A DNA stretch of 64,000 nt. It comes from a virus. Within the stretch, counting starts at the first letter, position 1; each line of letters starts with the position of its first letter. A program made the translations under genes and the position numbers. The stretch is taken from IMG/VR virus record IMGVR_UViG_3300036715_002050, positions 32,001-96,000 of that record. One strand, written 5' to 3'. Shown here in pieces: positions 10,077 to 20,522 of the stretch. The notes beneath the pieces are model-generated. The model was not told where the DNA came from. It did not search any database and saw only the letters and a program-made list of their open reading frames with translations.

Positions 10077-11573
10077 ATGAGCACATCGATTATCGAAGCT
10101 ACAGAAGATGGGATGACGTTGCCATTTTCGTCCGACATGCAGGACGCCGTCATCGGCTGGATGTTCAAGGACAAGACGTTTTATGTGAAGGCAAAGTCAC
10201 GAATCGAACCGCAATGGTTTTTGTCACAAAAGAACTCCAAGCTTTTTTCGGTGATTTCTAAGTTTGAAAAGCAGCATGGACGTTCGCCATCTACGCACGA
10301 GCTAGAAAACTTTCGTGAAATCACGTTGGAGCCAGAAGATACACAGCGCAAGTTGATGACACATTTGCACGGGTGTATTGAAAAGTCGACCTCTTACGGA
10401 TTGGACTTTATCAAGAAAGAGTTGACTCCGTGGCTGCGTGCCGTTACGTTCAAGCGCGGCATCGATCAGTCCGTCAACATGTGGAACCAGAAGGATATCA
10501 CCAAGTCCTATTCCCACGTTGACCAGTTAATGCGTCAAATGCGTGATATCACGTTTGACGACGCGCTGGCTGTTTGTTTTTCGGATTTTCGTTCGGTCAT
10601 CGAAGACTTGCAAAACCTGTATAAAGGAGCAATGTCTACAGGGTTGACGTTGCTAGATCGCGCATTGGTGCCCGACCATGACGGCGGCTCGTTGTTGCGT
10701 GGCGACATGACAGTCTTATTGGCCGCTCTGAACTTAGGCAAGACAACTACGGAAATGACGATAGCGGTCCACAACGCTTTGTTAGGTAAGAAAGTTTTAT
10801 TTGTTACTCACGAAGGTAACAAGACGCAATTATCAGGGAAGATCATCCAATGCGCCTTGCACTTGACCGAAAAGGATCTGTTCAAGCTGTACGAAACCGA
10901 AGAAGGTCGTCGCGTGATTTCGTTGACCACCGAAATCCTGGACCAAAACCTATCTTACATCCACTACGAAAAGCCCGGTATGTGCGTAGAGGACGTAGAG
11001 CCCATTATCTACCAAGAGCAAGAAAGATTGATGGCTCGCGGAAGTCGCTTGGACTTGGTGTTCAACGATTACCCAGGCTTGTTGCGCTCACGAAACTTGG
11101 GGTCGTCCAATGACGAACGCATTGTCCAAGCCTACGTCTACCGCTACTTCAGTCAGATGTTTACGGACTTGGATGTTCACGGGATCGTCGCCGTGCAATC
11201 CAACCGTGAAGGATCCAAAGTTATCAAGGCGGGTGAACGTTGTTTGACTACAGAAGACGTTGCCGAAGCGTGGGGCATCCCTCAGATTGCCGCCAACATG
11301 ATCTCCTTGAATCGTCAAATTGACGGCATGTTCCAAGATATTATGACATACTACGTCTGCAAAACCCGCTCCAACCGTGTGGGTGGATGTGTGGCTTGCC
11401 AAGCGGACCTGGGTCGTGCTAGGATGCATGGTAACGATTTGGGAGCAGTTTCTTACACGGGTAACATCTTCATCCCAGACCGGGCCAAGAAGTGGATTCA
11501 AAACGATTCTGTTCGCAATACGATGCTAACGAATGACCAAGTTGAAGGAGATTCTCTATATGATCGCCACTAA
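10077..11573 (+). CDS. DnaB-like replicative helicase
   Basis: Walker A AALNLGKTT, NDY, VQSNREG, KTR. Confidence 0.88.
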   Translation: MSTSIIEATEDGMTLPFSSDMQDAVIGWMFKDKTFYVKAKSRIEPQWFLSQKNSKLFSVISKFEKQHGRSPSTHELENFREITLEPEDTQRKLMTHLHGCIEKSTSYGLDFIKKELTPWLRAVTFKRGIDQSVNMWNQKDITKSYSHVDQLMRQMRDITFDDALAVCFSDFRSVIEDLQNLYKGAMSTGLTLLDRALVPDHDGGSLLRGDMTVLLAALNLGKTTTEMTIAVHNALLGKKVLFVTHEGNKTQLSGKIIQCALHLTEKDLFKLYETEEGRRVISLTTEILDQNLSYIHYEKPGMCVEDVEPIIYQEQERLMARGSRLDLVFNDYPGLLRSRNLGSSNDERIVQAYVYRYFSQMFTDLDVHGIVAVQSNREGSKVIKAGERCLTTEDVAEAWGIPQIAANMISLNRQIDGMFQDIMTYYVCKTRSNRVGGCVACQADLGRARMHGNDLGAVSYTGNIFIPDRAKKWIQNDSVRNTMLTNDQVEGDSLYDRH

Positions 11574-12150
11574 GCGTGCACGTACATCAAAGAGCCAAGG
11601 TTGTGAAAACTGCGAACACGAAGATGGCGGGTCGCTCGCATACAACGACCGCAACATTTTTATTTCGGGAGAAATCAGTGCGAACACTTGGGACGGCTTT
11701 AGCCAGGTCTTCACCGCCCTAGAGAAAGAAAAAGGTCCGATCACCATCATCATCAATTCGCAGGGCGGATCGTTGTGGGACGGTATGGCGATGTACGATT
11801 TGATTCGTGCTTCCAAGAACCACACGACGATCATTGGTCACGGACTGGTGATGTCTGCCGCCACGATGATTATGCAAGCTGCCAACAAGCGTTTGTTGGG
11901 TGCTAATTCCAATTTTATGATTCACGAAAGCCGTCAAGGCTTGTCTAACGAGTTCAAGGAAATGGACTTGCACCAGCAATACCAAGAGGCGGTCCGTGGC
12001 AACAACATCATCTACAAGGTACTCGCGGAACGTTCTATTTACACAGTAGAAGAAGTGAAGACTTTGTGCCAGCGTGACTATTTCATGTCTGCGAAGGAAG
12101 CGGTCAAGCAAGGATTTGCCGATGCTATTGTCCCAGTTCGTAAGCGCTAA
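11560..12150 (+). CDS. clpP: ClpP-like protease
   Basis: INSQGGS, MSAA, MIHE, RDYFMSAKEAVKQGFAD. Confidence 0.88.
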   Translation: MIATKRARTSKSQGCENCEHEDGGSLAYNDRNIFISGEISANTWDGFSQVFTALEKEKGPITIIINSQGGSLWDGMAMYDLIRASKNHTTIIGHGLVMSAATMIMQAANKRLLGANSNFMIHESRQGLSNEFKEMDLHQQYQEAVRGNNIIYKVLAERSIYTVEEVKTLCQRDYFMSAKEAVKQGFADAIVPVRKR

Positions 12151-12805
12151 AGTTGCGGCGTTCAAAGCTTGGGAGTCAACCCACGAAACCGAACTGTTAT
12201 TGGGGTTGTTAACGGTCGGCTTTTTCGTGTGTGCCGCATCGATCTCGTCATGCAGCCCTAAGCAAACAACAAGTGACCTTCAAGAGCACGTGGTCTACCG
12301 CGACCGGATCGTTACGCAGACCCGTGTGGACTATAAGGAAATTGTAGTAGATCACAACGTCTACATCCACGACGTTGACTCACACAAAACCCTGGACAAG
12401 ACGACTACGACCGTGGTACACCCAGATGGTACAAAAGTAGTGGTGGTACACGAAAAAGAAGTCGCAGACAAGTCGGACCATACACAATCCGACGCGACGC
12501 ATACACAAACAGTCACGCAAACCGTCGTCCAAAAAGTGGACGAGACTAAGTCCGGTACTGTGGACTTGAAAGAAAAGGTGGTAACAAATGTACAAACACT
12601 TCCATCTTGGCGGGTGGCGGTTGGTGGCGGGGTGGATTTGTCTCACCCAACACAACTACTTACCTTGGTTCCATCTGCTTTACCGTACGTTTTTTCTGTA
12701 GAAGTAGATCGACGCATCTTGGGACCGCTGTGGTTTGGTGCCGAAGTGACAATCGGCGTCAAAGCAACAGTTCAAACTCAACTAAAAGTAGGCGTAGAAT
12801 TCTAA
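12122..12805 (+). CDS. Membrane-anchored protein with C-terminal beta-strands (possible spanin-like)
   Basis: N-terminal hydrophobic helix, Thr/Val-rich stalk, amphipathic strands ending KVGVEF. Confidence 0.5.
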   Translation: MLLSQFVSAKVAAFKAWESTHETELLLGLLTVGFFVCAASISSCSPKQTTSDLQEHVVYRDRIVTQTRVDYKEIVVDHNVYIHDVDSHKTLDKTTTTVVHPDGTKVVVVHEKEVADKSDHTQSDATHTQTVTQTVVQKVDETKSGTVDLKEKVVTNVQTLPSWRVAVGGGVDLSHPTQLLTLVPSALPYVFSVEVDRRILGPLWFGAEVTIGVKATVQTQLKVGVEF

Positions 12806-12812
12806 AGGACAC

Positions 12813-13013
12813 ATGAATCTTACACACAAGCGGGTCAATAGCGCTGTTGAAGAACTCTTGACGGAACACATTGGTCTTGACGAAGACGAACTCGAAGAAG
12901 CCATGTTAGCGTTTGCGGAAATCTTACCGGAGGACGAAGAAGATGATTCCGAGTCACCACGCCGCAAGCATTCCTACCGCGACATTGAAGAGTTGTTGGA
13001 TTCGGACGAATAA
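12813..13013 (+). CDS. Small acidic hypothetical protein
   Basis: AAGGA SD, coupled ORF. Confidence 0.6.
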   Translation: MNLTHKRVNSAVEELLTEHIGLDEDELEEAMLAFAEILPEDEEDDSESPRRKHSYRDIEELLDSDE

Positions 13014-13330
13014 TGGGCTCCTTCACAATTCCTTTTGATCGTCGCGTAAGCAAGGTCCCACTTGGTCCAAACCAATTTCGTTATCACGTCTATCTTAGCT
13101 CCGCTCCTGTTCCTAAAAACACGATAGAATGGCTGCGTATCCGACAAGCGATGTTGGATAGTGTCGCTAGAGACATCGAGCTTACACGCCACTCAGAACT
13201 AGAGTGGACCCGAATAGAAATGGAATACAAACAAGGCCGCTGGGAATTAGTTACTACAGCTACGACGCCCAACCCCAAGGAAGCTCCAAATGGCCAGACC
13301 TCAGACGAAACACCTGCCCGCAAGAAGTGA
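13013..13330 (+). CDS. Hypothetical protein
   Basis: TAATG overlap with the upstream ORF. Confidence 0.6.
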   Translation: MGSFTIPFDRRVSKVPLGPNQFRYHVYLSSAPVPKNTIEWLRIRQAMLDSVARDIELTRHSELEWTRIEMEYKQGRWELVTTATTPNPKEAPNGQTSDETPARKK

Positions 13331-13622
13331 AAACGAACGCTCGCCATCTCGGAAAGAGCTAGCTGAACTCAAATCTGAAAACCATCGACTGCGTCGGAAA
13401 GTCTCCCGCTTGGAAGCTTTTATTAGTAAACACGGTGAATATTCAGACAGTGTCGTAGAGCAAGCGATGGAAGAAGAGTTTGATTTAGCGCCTGAAGTCG
13501 AAGAAGCTCTCAAAACAGATCAATGTACCGAATGCAAATCGACAGACACACGGGTGCTAGATTTGGGGATCAAGATGTTCTTCGTGTGTAACAACTGCAA
13601 ATTCCGCAAACCATTATCGTAA
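13290..13622 (+). CDS. Coiled-coil + Zn-ribbon protein
   Basis: CTEC...CNNC. Confidence 0.65.
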   Translation: MARPQTKHLPARSENERSPSRKELAELKSENHRLRRKVSRLEAFISKHGEYSDSVVEQAMEEEFDLAPEVEEALKTDQCTECKSTDTRVLDLGIKMFFVCNNCKFRKPLS

Positions 13623-13625
13623 AGG

Positions 13626-13660
13626 AAAACGCCGGGACCTTTAAAGGTCCCGGCGTTTTA
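13626..13660. terminator. Bidirectional terminator between convergent operons
   Basis: AAAACGCCGGGACCTTTAAAGGTCCCGGCGTTTT perfect palindrome. Confidence 0.85.
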
Positions 13661-13661
13661 T

Positions 13662-14225
13662 TTAAGCAGCAAACTTAGCAACTCGGGCAACGATATCTGC
13701 CCCGTAGTCTGGGCGTCTTACACCGTCCGGGCCTTTTGGTCCCGGCGTAGTGTAGGCATCCGAATCCAACCCTTTGTCCAGCGCTTTTTGGATGTTACCG
13801 ATACCGGCATTGTAAGATCCTGCAGCTTTCTTAACGTCACCACTCCAATGCGCCATACATTGTTCGAAGATTTCGATGCCCATGCAAATGTTCTCAAAGG
13901 CATTTTGCCATTTGGGCGATCCATCCGCAGTCTTCCAAGCTAACATGTCTTGGTGTGAACGATCATCAATTTGCATCAAACCACGACCGTGCCCCACATC
14001 GCCTGTGCCCGTAGGACCACGTGGCGACAAGAACACACCGCCGCCGGATTCACGCTGCATCAACGCCGCTACTTCTAAGGCCAACTTATATGCAGCCGCC
14101 ATGTCTAGTGGGTGGCGCTTGACGCAAGCTTTAGCGATTTCAGTAGTCCACTGTTGGATCGCGGGATCTGACTTCAACTTGTCCCACAAGATATTTTCTA
14201 ATTCTAAACGGTTTTGGATTTCCAT
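13662..14225 (-). CDS. Endolysin (SLT/goose-type lysozyme fold)
   Basis: RES, GRGLMQID, SYNAG motifs. Confidence 0.85.
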   Translation of the reverse strand: MEIQNRLELENILWDKLKSDPAIQQWTTEIAKACVKRHPLDMAAAYKLALEVAALMQRESGGGVFLSPRGPTGTGDVGHGRGLMQIDDRSHQDMLAWKTADGSPKWQNAFENICMGIEIFEQCMAHWSGDVKKAAGSYNAGIGNIQKALDKGLDSDAYTTPGPKGPDGVRRPDYGADIVARVAKFAA

Positions 14226-14235
14226 GGTAATTCCT

Positions 14236-16986
14236 TTAAACCCCCGGCGCCACTAATTGTGGAGTGAATAACATTCTGGCAGCAAAGATACGCATTTGTG
14301 TTGTAGATCCACCGCCTGGGCGAACCAACATCAAAGTGACATAAGACTCTCCGGTAGCGGGTACGGTAGCTCCGGCAATCGTTTGAATGCCCGTAGTAGA
14401 GTCCATCCAATAAGTCAAGTTCGAGTCGGAAAAGGCAGGTGCAGGATAAGTCCCGTTCAAATCTGCGATAGAAAAGTGGACACGTGGAGGGACGTTGCCC
14501 GGAGCGGTGTTCGTCATGTAGGTACGCAAGAAGCCCGCGCCACCCAACACGGGATACTGCAAAGCTCCCCCAGTAGTACCAGAAGTGTAGGTATCGACAA
14601 ATGCGACCAGATACATGGCTTGGGCGTTTGATGCCGCCGAGTTAGATTGCAACAACAACGAAAAAGCGTTGGTTGGAATGACGGAGCCCGCTGGTACACG
14701 GAAGCGCATCGAAATTCCCAGCACCGAACTGGAACCTAAGAACCATGCGGGTGCGCCATAGTCGATATCAGCAGTCACAATGTTAGCGAACCAGCCTTGC
14801 AAAGCCGCTTGGTTGGTCAGGGAAGTGGTGATGTTGCCCGTCCCTGCACCTGCCATCGGCAAGAAGAAAGTTCCCATAGAAACCATCTCGGCTGCTGTAA
14901 CAATTGCTGAAGTTGTTTGCGGCGTAATGTACTTGAAATCTTTACCGGAATACACGCTACCTGCGGCGTCTACTTGTGCGACCGTAGTTGATCCGGTGTT
15001 TTGGATTTGTACAATGGGTGTGATCCCGGTCTTTGATCCAGTGTTTTGGATCACGATGTCTGCCGCTACTGTAGCCGCTGTAAACAGTTGGATTTGTTGG
15101 GCAGCTACAGCTTTGACAATTGTTGGTGCAATAGTCCCGCCGATTACTACGGGACCATTGGCATCGATATGGACTTCTGCAGAACCACCCAATGGAGCAA
15201 TGACGATGTTGCCCGAGGTCGCGGTGATTGTTGTGTTCCCGGCAGCAGCCGTTAGGGTTGTTCCGGTAGAGCCGCCCAACAACAAAGTGGTACCCGCTGT
15301 TACTTGTGTTGTTGTGGCTGCCGTGACCAAGGTTGTCCCGCCACCCCCCACTTGCAAAGCTGACGCGTTGTTAGCGCCGACCAAAAGCTGTGGCTGTGCA
15401 GCTACTTCTACGTCGATTTCGATAGGGTAAGTTGATGCTAGTGACGAAGAGGCAGCGGCACCAGAGTTCAATAAGATGCGACGGCTATAAATGCGTACAT
15501 CATTTGTTAGGTTGTTGGTACCAGTAAATGATGAACCCGGATTTGAAGGCGAGAACTTACCGATCACCAACTTGTTATCGTAAGCGCCACGACCGATGTT
15601 GATTGCACCAGCCCCCAACCCAGCACCGATTTCTCCACGGGTTAAACCCGAAGCAATAGCCGACAAGTAGTTAATGGTGTTAGTGTTGTCGTTCAAGACC
15701 GTAGCTGCCACCGGGTTGGTAGTTGCTATAACGATGTTGGTGGTGTTGGTATCGTTGATTGCGTAAATCTTGCCGCCCGCTGTGGTCGAAGCGTAGGGGA
15801 TTGCCGGTACAGATGCACCAATGTATTGGGTGTAGTTACGAGCGTAAGCACGAGCAGCGGGAGTACGCGGAGCTACGTCGTCAATACGCCAAGCCAAAAC
15901 ATAACGAGCCCCCGGAGTGGTAGACATACCCAAAGTCAACAACGGTCCTACCGCAGCCGTTAAGGTTGTCCCGTCGGTGCCACGTTGCACATCTACATAC
16001 AAGCAAGACAAGTTGGGCAAGTTGATGTAACTTAGTTGATCTGCGACTACGTTCGAAATAGCCGTGGAGTTATCGAAACACAACCCTACACCAGACCAGC
16101 GAATTTGCGTGCCGTTGAAGTCGAAGTTTTGTGCGCTGCCTAACGCTGAATCGGTATACGTTACTCGCACGTTCTTGTCGGTTGTCGGTGAATACCAACG
16201 CTCGCCGCCACCTAGCTCCCACAAGCGGGTCATTGTGGCGTCCATCCAATCGGTCATAGATGTGATGGATTTATCTGTGCCCGCAAAAGGATCCGTAGCA
16301 GACGTAGTCGTGATTGGGTTTTCTGTACGGATGCCACCGATGGTTGCCCAAGGGTAGGTATAGGTAGCCGATGGACTTTGTCCACCACTACCCAAGCGGT
16401 ACGCCAAAGAGCGAGCGTCTTCTACAGACACCACGTTATTGGCCGAGTCCGTCACCACAATAGCTACAGGACAAACTTGCGGTTGGCTGGAGAACGGTAC
16501 CGAAGAAATCAAGATACGATAAGAGAACAATGACGCCAACGGCAAAGCTGCCGCGAACTCCACGTTAGCATTTGGGTCAATGAACTCCAAAGTGTCGATG
16601 GTCGTGTCGGATGGTGCACGAACTAAATCCAAACCTACGTAGTTCGTTGATGAAGCAATAAATCCACCCTGGACTGTAGCGTTCGTGGCGGACAAAGTTT
16701 CTGGAAGTTGTGTAGACGACACCTCTAACACGGCGCCAGCATCAGATGCATAGAAGTGATTGACTTGACCCGACGCGGTGTTTAGCTGTAGCGTGTTGGC
16801 GGCAGAACCGATGGTTGCAGCCGTAACGCCCACAGTAAAGCCGCGCATGATCAATGGCTTACGCCCGGCAAAGATCGACCCCCAAGCTGTGGATGAGTCG
16901 GCCTGCATACCGCTTTCTATCGAGCGCAACTGTGGAATATCTAGACGTTGCCCGCTGTAGAAAAGATTTTGACGATTGATAGCCAT
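14236..16986 (-). CDS. Tail fibre / baseplate-associated protein
   Basis: 916 aa, Thr/Gly/Ala-rich beta-helix-like middle, located in the tail module. Confidence 0.6.
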   Translation of the reverse strand: MAINRQNLFYSGQRLDIPQLRSIESGMQADSSTAWGSIFAGRKPLIMRGFTVGVTAATIGSAANTLQLNTASGQVNHFYASDAGAVLEVSSTQLPETLSATNATVQGGFIASSTNYVGLDLVRAPSDTTIDTLEFIDPNANVEFAAALPLASLFSYRILISSVPFSSQPQVCPVAIVVTDSANNVVSVEDARSLAYRLGSGGQSPSATYTYPWATIGGIRTENPITTTSATDPFAGTDKSITSMTDWMDATMTRLWELGGGERWYSPTTDKNVRVTYTDSALGSAQNFDFNGTQIRWSGVGLCFDNSTAISNVVADQLSYINLPNLSCLYVDVQRGTDGTTLTAAVGPLLTLGMSTTPGARYVLAWRIDDVAPRTPAARAYARNYTQYIGASVPAIPYASTTAGGKIYAINDTNTTNIVIATTNPVAATVLNDNTNTINYLSAIASGLTRGEIGAGLGAGAINIGRGAYDNKLVIGKFSPSNPGSSFTGTNNLTNDVRIYSRRILLNSGAAASSSLASTYPIEIDVEVAAQPQLLVGANNASALQVGGGGTTLVTAATTTQVTAGTTLLLGGSTGTTLTAAAGNTTITATSGNIVIAPLGGSAEVHIDANGPVVIGGTIAPTIVKAVAAQQIQLFTAATVAADIVIQNTGSKTGITPIVQIQNTGSTTVAQVDAAGSVYSGKDFKYITPQTTSAIVTAAEMVSMGTFFLPMAGAGTGNITTSLTNQAALQGWFANIVTADIDYGAPAWFLGSSSVLGISMRFRVPAGSVIPTNAFSLLLQSNSAASNAQAMYLVAFVDTYTSGTTGGALQYPVLGGAGFLRTYMTNTAPGNVPPRVHFSIADLNGTYPAPAFSDSNLTYWMDSTTGIQTIAGATVPATGESYVTLMLVRPGGGSTTQMRIFAARMLFTPQLVAPGV

Positions 16987-17003
16987 TAATTCACTCCGTT
17001 TGC

Positions 17004-17432
17004 TTAGTCTTGTGGGTTAAAATCGGTAGACATAATTATACCACTAAATGAAAAACTACCCGTTACAATGTCCTTGGCCTTGATAGAAACACTTTGACTA
17101 GACACCGTCACGCGTTCAATCCGTAAGATTTCTGTGGTCAATAAACGATCCATGACTTGGATGACGCAATACTTTTGCTGGGTAGCACTGTTAAAGGTCG
17201 GAACAATTCCACGTCCCTCCAGCCCGCCCAAGAAGCGCAACTTGTAGAACGATACGGATCCGCTCACTCCTACCATCCCGGGAGCTTGTTCAAAAGCTAA
17301 TAAGGTATCGATTCCGTCAATCCCCTTTTGAGCGTAGGACACCGTGTAATCAAATCCACGGGTTTCTGCTACAAGCTGCCCGTTGATGATTACCTTTAGT
17401 TGAGCGCCCGCATATGTTTTAGGTAGTTGCAA
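17004..17432 (-). CDS. Tail tube-like protein
   Basis: 142-aa beta-rich protein with tube-protein-like pattern. Confidence 0.5.
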   Translation of the reverse strand: MQLPKTYAGAQLKVIINGQLVAETRGFDYTVSYAQKGIDGIDTLLAFEQAPGMVGVSGSVSFYKLRFLGGLEGRGIVPTFNSATQQKYCVIQVMDRLLTTEILRIERVTVSSQSVSIKAKDIVTGSFSFSGIIMSTDFNPQD

Positions 17433-17441
17433 GATGTTCCT

Positions 17442-20400
17442 TTAAGATGCGATTGCTGCAGCCACTTCGTTTTGGTTGTCGTCACCCCACACGTAGACGC
17501 AACCATTAATTCTATACCCGACCAATCCGGCATCGTAGTTAGCCAAACCGGTAGATCCCGGGTATACGATGATGGTTTGGACGTCCAAGCCGGTGCCTTT
17601 GATGAAGTTGATGGTGTTACGGGCATAAACGTGCGCTAATTGACCGCCCGTCACGAAAGCGATGCCCGAAACTTGGACATTAGAAGGGACGAACGGTTGG
17701 GCTTGAGCCAACAAGATTATATTAGAGCCGGTCGGAACATCTTGGGTGAAGACATAGTCGGGGTCCAAGATCAAAGTGCCGCTAGTAGAAGTGACCGGCA
17801 AGTATCCCAAGTAATGGACAGGTGTTTGTTGGTATGGCTCGCCCAACCCTAAGCAAACGTAGCCCGGAGCGTCCGGGAACTTCACACCACTAGGGACTGT
17901 AACCGTTACGTTGCGATAAGCCCCGCCTTTGACGAAAGCTGTGGTGGTTGTACCGATGGTCTTGGTGATAGGAACCCCGTTAGAGCCATCGAAGATGTAT
18001 GGACCAAAGTAAGTAGTGGCAGCGGTGGGCGACCAAATTTGTGTTGTGTAGGTGTAAGTACCCACGCACAACAAATTCCCGGAAATGACTCCGGGTGTAG
18101 CAACCAACGTCGGCCCCGGTGTCGTCCCGTAAGTGCCGCTAGACAACACCAACCATCTGTACCCACCTTGAGTCACGTAATCACCGACTACGAAAGAGTC
18201 TGTCGTAGGGTACGCCTCTTCTTTGTTGGTGATAGTGGAATCGACCGGCACCGTAAAGGTCGTTGAACCAGTTACAGTGACTTTGAAATTGCCGTTCATC
18301 TTGGACAAAGCCAACCCTTCGATGGATACGCGGGTCCCGCTTTGTAAGTTGTGGGCTGTAGACGTAGTGATGGTCGCCACTTGGGAAGCCACAACACACG
18401 ACACGATAGTGAAGGTGCGGACCGGTTGGAAGTAGGAAGCGTTGGACGTGTTACGCTTTACCATAGACGAAGTAACCGGCAATAATACCTTGGTTGTTGC
18501 CGGACCACTTTGCACAGCAAACGCCTTACGAACCAAGGTGTTCAAGGTCTGCTTGGAAGGACGATAGAAAACCACATCCAAGAAGTTGGCTGCCAAGTTC
18601 GGTTGCACAGCACTTTGGGTGACCCCGGTTGGATTTTGGATTTCGAAGTAAGTAGCCCCCACAGTTTTGATAGGGAATGAGCCACGGTTAGCCGCGTTGA
18701 ACTCTGCACCATAAACGTTCACATAATCGCCCACGCGTAACACGGACAAATCGATGGACGTGGACATAGACCAACGCATATAGTTCGGTTGTGACGCTGC
18801 CGTTGATACGGTCCACGTCGTTGGTACGGTATAAGGAACGTGCAACGCCGTCGCAAACTCGAACGCGTTTTGGGCTTTGCCGCCGGTCACACGCACCGAT
18901 CCATTCATCCCTAGTGCAGCCGAATAGATCCACACGTAGCTTTGCTGGGTCAAGCCGTCATAGAATACGTCGGCCCATCCTTGGTATCCAACATAAGCTA
19001 AGTAACGATTAATCACGTCACATACTTCGCGTGGCGTAGCTAGCGCGATGTTCTGGAAGTCCGCACTGTTGAAAAAGATTTTGACGGACGTTCTCTCTTC
19101 AAACGACAAAGACAAGTCGTCCCCGCTAGATAGCACCCATGGACCCGGAGCAGAAGCTACGTGCGCACGTGTCGCTACGTCCCCGTAGTAGATCTCCAAG
19201 ACTTCATTGAAGGATTGGGTGGTCAACTTATGCGACGTAATTTTGACCAGCAAATCCCGGAAGTCTTCGTCAGACATCCCCAATTCGAACGGGCGAGGAT
19301 AGTCGTAGTCACGACCCCATCTGTCCAAGTATTTACCACCCGATGACGTGATGTGTAGCTGGTTGTAAATCGCCACCGAATTATCGACATTCTTCTGGTC
19401 GCCATCGGCCAAAGCGTCCAGCACCCCTTCCCACCCCGGACCTTGATAAACGGGGTTCAGCCAACTGCGCAGCGCAGCACGCACGCCCGGTGTCGATTGG
19501 TTAGCGGAAATGAGTGGTAAAACTTTTGTGTTAGGATTGGTGGTGTACGAGAATCCGTTGGTTAGCGTAAAGACGCTTGCGTCAGGCAACGTAACCACAA
19601 CATCGTAAAGACCGTTTACGTTTGGTGGGACAGTAACCGTTAAATGGGTTGAATCCGCAAACGTAGTGGTCGCCGCGACTCCGCCGACTTTAACGGTCGC
19701 ACCCGCCACGAAGCTGGTCCCGTTGACAACGACCGTTTGGCCCGTGTAACCTACGTTTGGAGATACGGACGTGACACTAAAACCAGATCCAGCTTGGTAG
19801 TAACCGATCAATGTTTGAAAATAAGAGGCGTTACGTACGGTGTTTTCGATACGGGCGTGTGAAAAGTCACCGTCAGAACCGACCTGAACGCCTACGCCAG
19901 AGTCGCCCATCCAAACGATGCTGCTTCCCCAGTTAACAGTCCGCCCTGGAGTGAATGATTGTGTAACAGAATAGCCAAACGTAGGAGCGCTCACGCCATC
20001 GGTGCGGTGATACCCCAATGTGATTACGCCGATTGTAGAGTCAACTGTCATCCACATCAAAATGTAGTCGGAAGTTAAAGGACCGTTGACGGCGTTGATT
20101 TGGAAGACAGGGTTAGACCCGTCCGACAACGTTACGGAAGCGCTAATGCCATAACGTCCCGAGCCAGAGTTATTTAGAGTTAGACCGTTTACCGTATTGC
20201 TAAACCAAGTCGAACCAGTAGTAACTGAGCCCCACGTAAACCCACCGGTATTGGTAGGTTTATTAAGCAAAGAGATTGTCCACTTATCGGACGCAGGAAA
20301 AGAGGCGGTCCCGTTAAAGTAGTTACCGGCAAAGCTAAACGAAGGTGTAAAAAGATTGACTGCTTTCAACCCACCCAAGGAAGATTGGTTGTAGGCGGCT

Positions 20401-20522
20401 GTGCCCGTTCTACTTAAGCCCGCAAAGGTGCCCAATTGACCGGTGTTTAACAACGACCCCGACGCTTCTTGACATTCAATAGCGATTAATGTAAAAGCGT
20501 CTCCGCCAATTGGTGCACTCAT
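17442..20522 (-). CDS. Baseplate wedge-like protein with LamG-like and IPT/TIG domains
   Basis: VTSVSPNVG..GTSF..GATVKVGG IPT domain. YLDRWG...MSDEDFR wedge-like motif. Confidence 0.6.
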   Translation of the reverse strand: MSAPIGGDAFTLIAIECQEASGSLLNTGQLGTFAGLSRTGTAAYNQSSLGGLKAVNLFTPSFSFAGNYFNGTASFPASDKWTISLLNKPTNTGGFTWGSVTTGSTWFSNTVNGLTLNNSGSGRYGISASVTLSDGSNPVFQINAVNGPLTSDYILMWMTVDSTIGVITLGYHRTDGVSAPTFGYSVTQSFTPGRTVNWGSSIVWMGDSGVGVQVGSDGDFSHARIENTVRNASYFQTLIGYYQAGSGFSVTSVSPNVGYTGQTVVVNGTSFVAGATVKVGGVAATTTFADSTHLTVTVPPNVNGLYDVVVTLPDASVFTLTNGFSYTTNPNTKVLPLISANQSTPGVRAALRSWLNPVYQGPGWEGVLDALADGDQKNVDNSVAIYNQLHITSSGGKYLDRWGRDYDYPRPFELGMSDEDFRDLLVKITSHKLTTQSFNEVLEIYYGDVATRAHVASAPGPWVLSSGDDLSLSFEERTSVKIFFNSADFQNIALATPREVCDVINRYLAYVGYQGWADVFYDGLTQQSYVWIYSAALGMNGSVRVTGGKAQNAFEFATALHVPYTVPTTWTVSTAASQPNYMRWSMSTSIDLSVLRVGDYVNVYGAEFNAANRGSFPIKTVGATYFEIQNPTGVTQSAVQPNLAANFLDVVFYRPSKQTLNTLVRKAFAVQSGPATTKVLLPVTSSMVKRNTSNASYFQPVRTFTIVSCVVASQVATITTSTAHNLQSGTRVSIEGLALSKMNGNFKVTVTGSTTFTVPVDSTITNKEEAYPTTDSFVVGDYVTQGGYRWLVLSSGTYGTTPGPTLVATPGVISGNLLCVGTYTYTTQIWSPTAATTYFGPYIFDGSNGVPITKTIGTTTTAFVKGGAYRNVTVTVPSGVKFPDAPGYVCLGLGEPYQQTPVHYLGYLPVTSTSGTLILDPDYVFTQDVPTGSNIILLAQAQPFVPSNVQVSGIAFVTGGQLAHVYARNTINFIKGTGLDVQTIIVYPGSTGLANYDAGLVGYRINGCVYVWGDDNQNEVAAAIAS

